64,000 nucleotides of DNA from Eledone cirrhosa. Taxonomy: Eukaryota. Made by a program: the position numbers and the translations under genes. Below the pieces are notes generated by a model, which was not told where the DNA came from, did no database searches, and saw only the letters and a list, made by a program, of their open reading frames with translations. Of this stretch, positions 51,880-64,000 are shown in pieces (within the stretch, counting starts at the first letter, position 1; every line of letters begins with the position of its first letter). The stretch covers positions 212,412,001 to 212,476,000 of the forward strand of contig OZ024741.1 in the NCBI GenBank assembly GCA_964016885.1, written 5' to 3'.

Positions 51880-51882
<3 letters not shown>
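50919..51882 (+). mobile_element. Retrozyme-like element, 544-bp period (~1.6 units), with a ~60-bp 5' inversion
   Basis: Direct repeats start at 51023 and 51567. 50919-50982 is the reverse complement of ~51371-51436. One hammerhead per unit; (TA)n flanks. Confidence 0.75.
51627..51699 (+). ncRNA. Type I hammerhead with a full stem III (damaged copy 51083-51155)
   Basis: ttgctga-CTGAGGA-(irregular stem II)-GAAA-cgaa/gcgaga/ttcg-TA-tcagcag. Stem I is 7 bp, GUA triplet. Confidence 0.7.
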
Positions 51883-51925
<43 letters not shown>

Positions 51926-51927
<2 letters not shown>

Positions 51928-52115
51928 AGTAAGTAAGACCCCGACGGCTGAGCTCAAGCCGTTTCGACGGCTAATTCTGTACAGAATTAGCCGTCGAAAC
52001 AGCTTGAGCTCAGCCGTCGGGGTCTTACTTACTCCTATTACCCACTCTACTACCCTAAGTATTGAGTACTTTGGTGCGTTATGGTCCACCTGGTTCCTTA
52101 CCACTTTTCCTTCGC
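51926..52115 (+). mobile_element. 190-bp hairpin element (F6), copy 3
   Basis: Same structure as 14516-14706. Confidence 0.8.
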
Positions 52116-52219
52116 TATATATATATATATATATATATGGATATATATATATATGTATGTATATATGTATGTATGTATGTATGTATGAATGTATGTGTAT
52201 ATATATATGTATGTATATA

Positions 52220-52822
52220 CCAGTTGGTGTTACTGGTAACATGTATCCCAGTACAACCTGTCCCATAGTTGGGTCGTTGTCGACTAATCTGGCAACCCCA
52301 CCAATGTTTCTTGGTGAGGAGGGTGATTTTGGACATCCTGCAGGACTAAAAACAAAACCTGTCAAAGGGCAAAGGAGCTCTTAAGAGTCAATGGCCATAC
52401 AAAATCACCGGGAGATATGACCCCTTAGCCTTTGTCAAGGCAGAATTCTAGGAGAAGGAAAACTCTGATATAACACCTGCAACCCTGATGGTATCCAATG
52501 ATGTTGACTTGTTCTTCTTTTTGGTAAATATCATCTTGGTTAAGAGAGTGGAACTGGCTTTGTGCAGTGCCTTTGCTCACTATAAAAGATTCACGGCACA
52601 GGCGTTGCTGCTTTATATCTGGAGATTTCTCTGCACTTGTCGTCACATGGTACCATGGGCCCAGCACTATAGGTCAATAATTGTCACAGGTGTAGTGTTT
52701 GTACCAGAGTTTTCAAGTCGCTGGCTGGACTAAAAAGTCACACCCGTTCAGCGCATCGCTCGGGGTTCTCCTACATGGATATAAAGTAGTGGCCGTACTC
52801 GAAAACGAGTTGGCAGCCACCA
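52220..52822 (+). mobile_element. ~600 bp RTE-5'-like dispersed repeat (copy 2)
   Basis: Reverse complement of 1240-1845 with similar endpoints. Confidence 0.5.
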
Positions 52823-52854
52823 TATATATGTATCTATATATATATATATATATG

Positions 52855-52938
<84 letters not shown>

Positions 52939-52939
52939 T

Positions 52940-53641
52940 TTGTCTTTAAAGCGTAGAAATATCTGAGACCACCAGTTGACAACTGGTGAGGAAAACTCCC
53001 CCTACCCCCATGTTTGCTGTCTTCGTATTCCCACTGCATTTTAAGTTACCTTAAATACCAACTACACAGCCATTTCTATTCTCCATATATTTCATCATGT
53101 TTTTCGCTGTGACCATTCATCTCTCTCCTACTACCTACCTGTTTCGCTACTTTCTACACTCACCCCTCTTTCTTCCCCTCGCTTTCTCCCTATCTACTCT
53201 TACCCAACTTTCTTCCTCTCCCTTTCTCCCACTCACATTCACCCCCTCGCCTAACCGTTTAGCAGTCCTCTTCTCACTTACAACTGCGATGATCAGACGT
53301 GTGTCTTGTTCCTCTCGACCACTCAGTCTTGAACTTAAGTTCTTTTATCGAGTGGTCTTGGATTTCCACATTGCTAGGTTTGTTGTTTTTTTTCGCTGTT
53401 TTGTTACTGTTTTCTCTTATCTTCCCCTTTGCTTTCCTTCCCTCTTTCCTCCATTTTCCCAATAATTTATCCAGTTATTGACGTCCTGGGGCGAGGTATA
53501 TTGTCTTTAAAGCGTAGAAATATCCGAGACCCCAAGTAGACAACTGATGAGGAAAACGCCCACCCTCGTTCCTGCATTCTTCATATTCCCACTGCATTTT
53601 AAGTTACCTTAAGTAACAACTACACACCCATTTCTATTCTC
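52940..53641 (+). mobile_element. Non-coding element with ~140-bp direct terminal repeats (561-bp period)
   Basis: 52940-53082 resembles 53501-53641. Pyrimidine-rich interior; flanked by (TA)n and (TC)n(TA)n. Confidence 0.6.
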
Positions 53642-54125
<484 letters not shown>

Positions 54126-54803
54126 TTGAATTACAGAAGCTACAGTCCATCAAATGAGCTTATTAACAGATTGTGTCTGCGTAGCTTTACGCACAAGGCT
54201 TGGGCCGAACCGATGTTAAGATACAGACACTTGCCGATGAAACCACGCATTGGAATTGAACTCGTAATCTTGTGACTGTCAAACATATCTTTGTATTAGG
54301 AAATGATAAGAAAATAAATTAAATATACAGGTCACACCTATGAAGGTTTATCTGGCTTCCTATGAGTTTCTTTCTCATAGGCGTTTTCCAAGGTATATCA
54401 ACATCAAACGCCCAGAGTTTTTATTATTGTTACAACTCACACCCATATAACCAACATTTTTGGAGGTTAGATTTTTCTAGGGGGCTTTAATGAGAGAAGA
54501 GGATCAAGTGGTGTAAGAAAGATCAACGTGAAATGGACCGTCTGGCGAAAAAAAAAAAAAAAGAAAACATTAACGCGCTGCTAGTCATGATTGTGAGTCC
54601 AAGACACTCAACACTTGACCAGCCATCGTCATTTATTGGAGACGATTGATCAATATAGCTGATGTGTATTTCGTGTAAAAGCTCGGTTACAGAAAACGGA
54701 TATGTCTGTGTGTAAGAATGAGAGAAAGTAAGAACATTTCTGGTGGTAATGCGGGAATTATTATTTTCTGTAACCGCGAACTATTATATTATAATATAAT
54801 ATA

Positions 54804-55830
<1,027 letters not shown>

Positions 55831-55853
55831 AATATATATATATATATATATAT

Positions 55854-56364
55854 AGAATACGTAGTTTAGAAAGCCACAACAATGCAGAGGGAAATCTCGA
55901 GGTAGGAAGTGAATGATAGATAGGAGAAATAGGAGAAAGTGAAAATTGAGAGAGACAAAGATGAAAACAAAACAAAGGTAGAAGGGTTACCGTAGTGGAG
56001 ATTTAATCCCAATATTTCGGGCTCACGCCCATCAACGGGGGAAAGTTCCAAAAGGGGGGAACAGGCTAAGCGGAGAAAGTTGTAATGTCGTACATCACAA
56101 CTTTCTCCGCTTAGCCTGTTCCACCCTTTTGGAAATTTCCCCCGTTGATGGGCGTGAGCCCGAAATATTGGGATTAAATCTCCACTACGGTAACCCTTCT
56201 ACCTTTGTTTTGTTTTCATCTTTGTCTCTCTCAATTTTCACTTTCTCCTATTTCTCCTATCTATCATTCACTTCCTACCTCGAGATTTCCCTCTGCATTG
56301 TTGTGGCTTTCTAAACTACGTATTCTACACATTTCTCAATGCTTCAAGCAAACTTTAACACCCT

Positions 56365-56366
<2 letters not shown>
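55854..56366. mobile_element. Fold-back element, family F7
   Basis: ~235-bp arms invert around ~56089, followed by a short unique tail into (TA)n. Another copy at 20803. Confidence 0.8.
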
Positions 56367-56421
<55 letters not shown>

Positions 56422-56475
56422 GAATGTGTTTGACGGCTGAATGCTGAAATAGAGTTTTAATATTCATTTTATTAA

Positions 56476-56578
<103 letters not shown>

Positions 56579-56699
56579 GTATGGATATATATATAGATGT
56601 ATATATATATGCATATATATATATATGTATATATATATATGCATATATATATATATGCATATATATATGTATATATATATATGCATATATATATATATG

Positions 56700-56740
<41 letters not shown>

Positions 56741-56741
56741 C

Positions 56742-56774
<33 letters not shown>

Positions 56775-56799
56775 CATATATACATATATATATATATGC

Positions 56800-56876
<77 letters not shown>

Positions 56877-56971
56877 TACATATATATATATGCATATATA
56901 TATATATACATATACATATATATATATATATATGTACATATATACAATATATATATACATATATATATATA

Positions 56972-57030
<59 letters not shown>

Positions 57031-57177
57031 GCATATATATATACATAAATACATATATATATACATACATATATATATACATACATATAGATACGTACAT
57101 ATATATATACATACATACATACATATATATACATATTATACATACATATATATATATACATATATATCTAGATACAA

Positions 57178-57219
<42 letters not shown>

Positions 57220-57220
57220 T

Positions 57221-57290
<70 letters not shown>

Positions 57291-57740
57291 CTCACAAGAC
57301 ACATATATAAATCATTCAAGACGTTATATTGAATTTTAATACCTACGGGGTTATTTTCAATTAAACTGTGAAATTCCTAGGGATTAGATTAAATAACACA
57401 TGATCGAGTTTCGACAGAGAAACCGTCATAAAACCGCGGTACATTTTCAGATACTTAGTATAATTAGTATACATAAACTACGTAATACGACGTCTGCAGT
57501 CTCCTAAGTTCCTTCATCCCCATTTCACAGATTGTTGCGTGTCAGTGGGTAGTTTATCTCATGCATCTTAACTATGTCAGAGACCCAGTTAAGATGCATG
57601 ATTTAGCTCAGCCTTCAACTGTATGGGTTTGGTGTCTGGGGTCAAGCGTAGGTGTATGGTTTACATTTACTCAGACTTGTGGGTGGCTTTGATTTAATCT
57701 GGGTGTATTTACGTGCAAGTTAAAGCAATTGACCTTCTTC

Positions 57741-57866
57741 CTTTACGATCTGAGTTCAAATCCCGCCGAGGTTGACTTTGCCTTTCATCCTTACGGGGTC
57801 GATAAAATAAAGTACCAGTAATGCACTGGGTAATTGCTGGCCTTGGGCCTAAAGTAGAAACAATTA
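57741..57866 (+). mobile_element. 5'-truncated tRNA-SINE
   Basis: B box and body match 141-265. Confidence 0.8.
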
Positions 57867-57880
57867 TATATATATATATA

Positions 57881-58300
57881 TTACTTCAAAATATTAATAA
57901 ATATAGACATTCATGTGATCAAATATATTTTATTATACCTATTTAAGAAGTACTGAGCTATTTCAACAGTACGTCCTCATCAGATAAAATAAGTTGATGC
58001 CTGACATAACTTGACTATGTTGATGGTTATAATTTAGTCATACCATTACTAAATTATACCCATCAACATAGTCAAGTTATGTTAGGCATCAACTTATTTT
58101 ATCTGATGAGGACGTACTGTTGAAATAGCTCAGTACTTCTTAAATAGGTATAATAAAATATATTTGATCACATGAATGTCTATATTTATTAATATTTTGA
58201 AGTAATATTAATAACTCCAGAAAACCCACTCGAGTGCTTCTAATCTATTGTGAAACCTTATTCATTGATGAATTCATTGAACCTTGTTAAACTTTTAATA
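57881..58300. mobile_element. Fold-back pseudo-LTR F4 with degenerate hammerheads (57927-57990 minus; 58096-58159 plus)
   Basis: Palindrome centred at ~58043. attttat-CTGATGA-ggacgtactg/../cagtacttct-TAAA-taggta-TA-ataaaat; G12 is lost in both arms. Confidence 0.75.
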
Positions 58301-58329
58301 ATATATAAATATATATATATAGAGAGAGA

Positions 58330-58411
<82 letters not shown>

Positions 58412-58417
58412 GAGAGA

Positions 58418-58460
<43 letters not shown>

Positions 58461-58610
58461 GGTCTGTATGTGGTGCTGGCACAGACCAGGAAGACCACTA
58501 ATCATATGACTACACTATATATGGGGAGATGTAGAGTGGGGTATTACTCTTTCACCTGTTCCAGCCATCCGGCTGAGGCCATGCTGGCGCACCGATATTT
58601 ATATATATAG

Positions 58611-58664
<54 letters not shown>

Positions 58665-60640
58665 ATTTAAAATTGAGTGGCACTGCTTCTTGTGTTCAAC
58701 AATTTTTAGACAAATTAATCAGTGAAACAATTGTCAGAATGTAAACAAATCCCTGTTTTTGTACTGTTGACCATGTTGTTCTTGACTTTTTCAATTATAT
58801 ATATATATATATATATATACATACATATGAGAGAGACAGACAGAGATGGCATTACTCTTAAATATTATTTTTATAGCTTTGTCCATCTAGATACGTACGA
58901 AATAAAGTTGCAGATATATTTACATATATTTAACATCAAGAAATACAGAAAAAAAAAGTAAAACTGCATCTGAAAAATATAGAAGGATCTTTGAAATAAC
59001 TTTAATCCAAAATTGTATTGCATTTACATATAATACGGCAGGAAACATAGAAAATAGCATTAAAAGACTTCGAACGGAGTGTCAAGGATATTTCAACGAT
59101 GTCAATTTGGTACATTTATGATCCATTAGTAAAAGCATATTGATTTTTACCCGAAAAATCTTGTTTCTGGTAAATGTTGTTTCAGTTACATCGTTTTAGC
59201 ATGGATCTGTGCTGTTTTGAAGTTTGGGTTTATCTAGTACAACTAATGTTATGTAATGCATATATCTTTTTTTTCTCTTGCATTTACATTTAGCTAGGAT
59301 GTTTATCCTTTCATCGTAAATTAATGTTTTGCAATCATCGTATCCACTATAGTTGATTATATAACTTTTACATTGCAAAAGAAAAAAAATAATATAGATA
59401 TATTAGATCTATGTTTTAAAATGCCTGAAAGTTAGTTTTCTTCATTTTATGTAACTCTTCTTTTATCCATTTTTTGTTAATTCGTTCAGATTTTAACGGA
59501 ATCGGGTTTCAATGAAGCAACCGACAACTACTGGATTGGTATGATATAGATTTGAAATCCCCGAGGGAATCGAAAGGACACGATATTGGCAGCCGGCGTT
59601 TCAAGGGAACTTTTAAACCTAGTGGAGCATATCACCTCTCGGGGTCTGAATATAGCAGACTTCTTCCAGGGAAGGATAGAGAGTGCGAGAAAGGAAGTCC
59701 CAGAGAGATATAGAAGAATAATTTCTTGTAAGAAAGGATAGAGAGAGTGAAAGGAAGGATAGAGAGAGTGAAAGAAAGGAAGTGAGAAAGAGATATAGAG
59801 GAAGAATCGACCCCAGTACTTGACTGGTAAGTTTTTATCGATATAAAATGCAAAGTTGACCTTGGTGGAATTTGAACACACATAGCAGAGAGCCAGCACA
59901 AATACCGTAAGTCATTCTGGATTGACACACCTATATTCTATTCGCATTGACTACCATTTATATCTCCTGTGTCCTCAGTCACCTGACTGCCGTTTCCCTC
60001 CCTGCAAGTTTGGGATGATGGCACCAATCCCATAAAGTGGTATAACACATATAGTCCCTTATCACTGGCTGTTGTACGGGGCAATGCTTTTGTTATCTGG
60101 TTCATGTAGCACTGCTAAATTATGTTCTGACGCCAAGGGCACCGAATTTGCCCTTTCATCACTTCTATCATATGTTCGTTTTGTTTGTATCGAAGATGTT
60201 CGTTGCTATAGCAAACACAAACACTACAGGGGGCCTCACCCCAGAAAGAATTCTATAGACTTCTGACTGAGGAATGCTCTCAAAACTGACCAATGGGAAG
60301 CTTGACATTTTTTTTTTTGTTGTTATTTTGTTCCTTAACCACCTTGTTCCTTCTACCACTTTATCAATTTGTTAAGCTAACTCCAACAATAACAACACTA
60401 CCAACACAAGAATTGAGGTCAGATGTACCTAGCAATAACAAGAACAACAACTTCAGATTGGCTTGCCTCAGAACGAACTTTTATAGACTTTTCAATGAGG
60501 GATGTTCTAACAACTGACCAATGAGAGGAGAAGAGGCCCTTTGACACTGAAATTCGTTTGTTTGAATTCATATGATTCCAGTTCCTCAGTGAAATAACAA
60601 CCCAACCAGGAACTGGGCATATCAGAGTATTGACAAAATA

Positions 60641-60821
60641 ATTGTTTCTACTTTAGGCACAAGGCCAGCAAATACCCAGTGCATTACTGGTACTTTATTT
60701 TATCGACCCCGTAAGGATAAAAGGCAAAGTCAACCTCGGCGGGATTTTAACTCAGATCGTAAAGGGACGTAACTATGCTGGAAAGCATGGCGTCCGACCC
60801 TCTACCGATACTGCCAATCTC
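60641..60821 (-). mobile_element. tRNA-SINE, near full length
   Basis: Reverse complement of the 77-265 family. Confidence 0.85.
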
Positions 60822-60859
60822 AACAACATATGTACTTGTCTATACCACACTAATTCGGC

Positions 60860-60912
60860 CTGCCTGAAGAGGTCACAGCCAAAGATGGTTGTCACCGAAA
60901 TATATATAGCAG
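60860..60912 (+). ncRNA. Solo type I hammerhead ribozyme upstream of (TA)n
   Basis: ctgc-CTGAAGA-ggtcacagcc/aaagat/ggttgtcacc-GAAA-tatata-TA-gcag, followed by AATAAA. Confidence 0.8.
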
Positions 60913-60993
60913 TAATAAACGAAGCTAAATTTTAAACATTTGACTTTTTATTTTATTTTATTTTATATATATATATATATATAGATGTATATG

Positions 60994-61079
<86 letters not shown>

Positions 61080-61258
61080 CATATATATATTTATATGTAT
61101 ATACATATATATAAAACACTATATGTATATGTATATACATATATATATGTATATGTATATACATATATATATATGTATATGTATATACATATATATAAAT
61201 GTATATGTATATACATATATATATGTATATGTATATACATATGTATATGTATATACAT

Positions 61259-61313
<55 letters not shown>

Positions 61314-61324
61314 CATATATATAC

Positions 61325-61359
<35 letters not shown>

Positions 61360-61370
61360 CATATATATAC

Positions 61371-63462
61371 ATGTAAGTATACATGTATACGTACATACAT
61401 ATATGTATACAGACGTACAGTAGCATGCACATATATATATATATATACATATATATATACATATGCATACAGGTACACATACATATATGCACGTATCAGT
61501 TTAGCGGCGCTTATTATAACGTCGCTTTGTTCGTTTGTAAACAAACTAAACAGCCTGAATTTATGCCATACGGTGTTAAGGCAACCACGTCACCTTTTTG
61601 TTCAACACTGACACAGGAACGATGTACTAGTTTCAAGCTTGTTAGCTATCATCAGCACCGTTTACCCATCTGCCAGATAGTTGAACGTTCGAAAGTATAT
61701 ACTTTCCTTATGAAAATTAACGGCTGAGCAGCCTAATTTGCATATTGAGTGAGTTAAATCGGTCAGGCATACCGAAAACGATAAATTGAAACAAAATGAA
61801 AACGAAATTTCATTTCTCACTCTTAGTATGGCACTTACTTAAATGTAAGTATGCATGTATACGTACATACATATATGTATACAGACGTACAGTAGCATGC
61901 ACATATATATATATATATACATATATATATACATATGCATACAGGTACACATACATATATGCACGTATCAGTTTAGCGGCGCTTATTATAACGTCGCTTT
62001 ATTCGTTTGTAAACAAACTGAACAGCCTGAATTTATGCCATACGGTGTTAAGGCAACCACGTCACCTTTTTGTTCAACACTGACACAGGAACGATATACT
62101 AGTTTCAAGCTTGTTAGCTATCATCAGCACCGTTTACCCATCTGCCAGATAGTTGAACGTTCGAAAGTATATACTTTCCTTATGAAAATTAACGGCTGAG
62201 CAGCCTAATTTGCATATTGAGTGAGTTAAATCGGTCAGGCATACCGAAAACGATAAATTGAACAAAATGAAAACGAAATTTCATTTCTCACTCTTAGTAT
62301 GGCACTTACTTAAATGTAAGTATGCATGTATACGTACATACATATATGTATACAGACGTACAGTAGCATGCACATATATATATATATATACATATATATA
62401 TACATATGCATACAGGTACACATACATATATGCACGTATCAGTTTAGCGGCGCTTATTATAACGTCGCTTTGTTCGTTTGTAAACAAACTGAACAGCCTG
62501 AATTTATGCCATACGGTGTTAAGGCAACCACGTCACCTTTTTGTTCAACACTGACACAGGAACGATGTACTAGTTTCAAGCTTGTTAGCTATCATCAGCA
62601 CCGTTTACCCATCTGCCAGATAGTTGAACGTTCGAAAGTATATACTTTCCTTATGAAAATTAACGGCTGAGCAGCCTAATTTGCATATTGAGTGAGTTAA
62701 ATCGGTCAGGCATACCGAAAACGATAAATTGAAACAAAATGAAAACGAAATTTCATTTCTCACTCTTAGTATGGCACTTACTTAAATGTAAGTATGCATG
62801 TATACGTACATACATATATGTATACAGACGTACAGTAGCATGCACATATATATATATATATACATATATATATACATATGCATACAGGTACACATACATA
62901 TATGCACGTATCAGTTTAGCGGCGCTTATTATAACGTCGCTTTGTTCGTTTGTAAACAAACTGAACAGCCTGAATTTATGCCATACGGTGTTAAGGCAAC
63001 CACGTCACCTTTTTGTTCAACACTGACACAGGAACGATGTACTAGTTTCAAGCTTGTTAGCTATCATCAGCACCGTTTACCCATCTGCCAGATAGTTGAA
63101 CGTTCGAAAGTATATACTTTCCATATGAAAATTAACGGCTGAAACTAGTACATCGTTCCTGTGTCAGTGTTGAACAAAAAGGTGACGTGGTTGCCTTAAC
63201 ACCGTATGGCATAAATTCAGGCTGTTCAGTTTGTTTACAAACGAACAAAGCGACGTTATAATAAGCGCCGCTAAACTGATACGTGCATATATGTATGTGT
63301 ACCTGTATGCATATGTATATATATATGTATATATATATATATATATGTGCATGCTACTGTACGTCTGTATACATATATGTATGTACGTATACATGCATAC
63401 TTACATTTAAGTAAGTGCCATACTAAGAGTGAGAAATGAAATTTCGTTTTCATTTTGTTTCA
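61371..63462. mobile_element. Retrozyme-like tandem array, 471/472-bp unit: ~3.75 units plus ~0.7 inverted unit
   Basis: Periods 472/471/472. Inversion at ~63141. One hammerhead per unit; TA-rich flanks. Confidence 0.85.
61618..61662 (-). ncRNA. Type I minimal hammerhead of the 471-bp unit (also 62090-62134, 62561-62605, 63033-63077)
   Basis: Minus strand reads aacggtg-CTGATGA-t-agct/aaca/agct-t-GAAA-ctag-TA-catcgtt. Stem I is 7 bp, palindromic stem III ACUAGU. Confidence 0.85.
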
Positions 63463-63603
63463 TATATATACATATACAAATATATATATATATATACATA
63501 TGTATATATATATATATATACATACATATATATACATATATATATATACATATATATATGTATATACATATATATATATGTATATACAGATATATGTATA
63601 TAC

Positions 63604-63636
<33 letters not shown>

Positions 63637-63821
63637 CATATATATACATATATATATATATACATATATATATTGCGGCTCTGTATAACAATTGATGTTA
63701 TTACATTGAGGTATTTATCTTACTGGTAATAAGGTAGTAATAAATTACTGACCTTACCTGTTTATGGTTGTGTATAATACATAACTATAGATAGTTTCCT
63801 TAATATTATATATATATATAC

Positions 63822-63852
<31 letters not shown>

Positions 63853-63943
63853 CATAAATATATATATATACATACATACATATATATATATATAGAATTA
63901 GGAAACGCGAAGTAGTTTCAGATGTTCAAGTCCTTTAATAATA

Positions 63944-64000
63944 ATTTGTTTCTACATTTGGCACAAGGCCAGCAAATACCCAGTACATTACTGGTACTTT
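63944..64000 (-). mobile_element. tRNA-SINE 3' end (runs out of the window)
   Basis: Matches 60641-60697. Confidence 0.7.

Noticed and set aside
56135-56175. Hammerhead in F7 (CCGTTGA-T-GGGC/GTGA/GCCC-GAAA-TATT-GGGA)
   Set aside because: Two core mismatches in both arms. Possibly a decayed ribozyme, but not callable.
61383-63142. Repeated 114-aa and 95-aa ORFs in the 471-bp units
   Set aside because: They start in low-complexity TA sequence, lie antisense to the ribozyme and show no recognisable motif.

Overview
Animal genomic DNA, very AT-rich and saturated with (TA)n, (GA)n and (CA)n microsatellites. The tRNA-derived SINEs look octopus/cephalopod-like, but that is inference. I see no intact host gene, and almost all long ORFs in the track are microsatellite artefacts. 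The window holds a dense, (TA)n-associated retroelement community. (1) There are decayed Penelope-like elements (PLEs; RT plus C-terminal GIY-YIG) of at least three clade types. (2) I folded about 27 type-I hammerhead ribozymes with intact cores by eye, plus several degenerate ones, in about 9 sequence families, most with a family-specific palindromic mini stem III. (3) Three non-coding tandem arrays (310, 471/472 and 544 bp units) carry one hammerhead per unit and look like retrozymes. (4) A fourth array (615 bp unit) has the same architecture but no hammerhead I can recognise. Most of these insertions have a fold-back 5' inversion joined to (TA)n. In one family, copy-specific variants are mirrored in both arms, which suggests the inverted arm is rebuilt at each insertion. 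Also present: SINEs, a hAT-like MITE, a Helitron-like fragment, TA-CTG-TA/TA-CAG-TA arrays resembling amplified Tc1/mariner footprints, and a 200-N gap. All folds, alignments and clade calls were made by eye and need computational confirmation.
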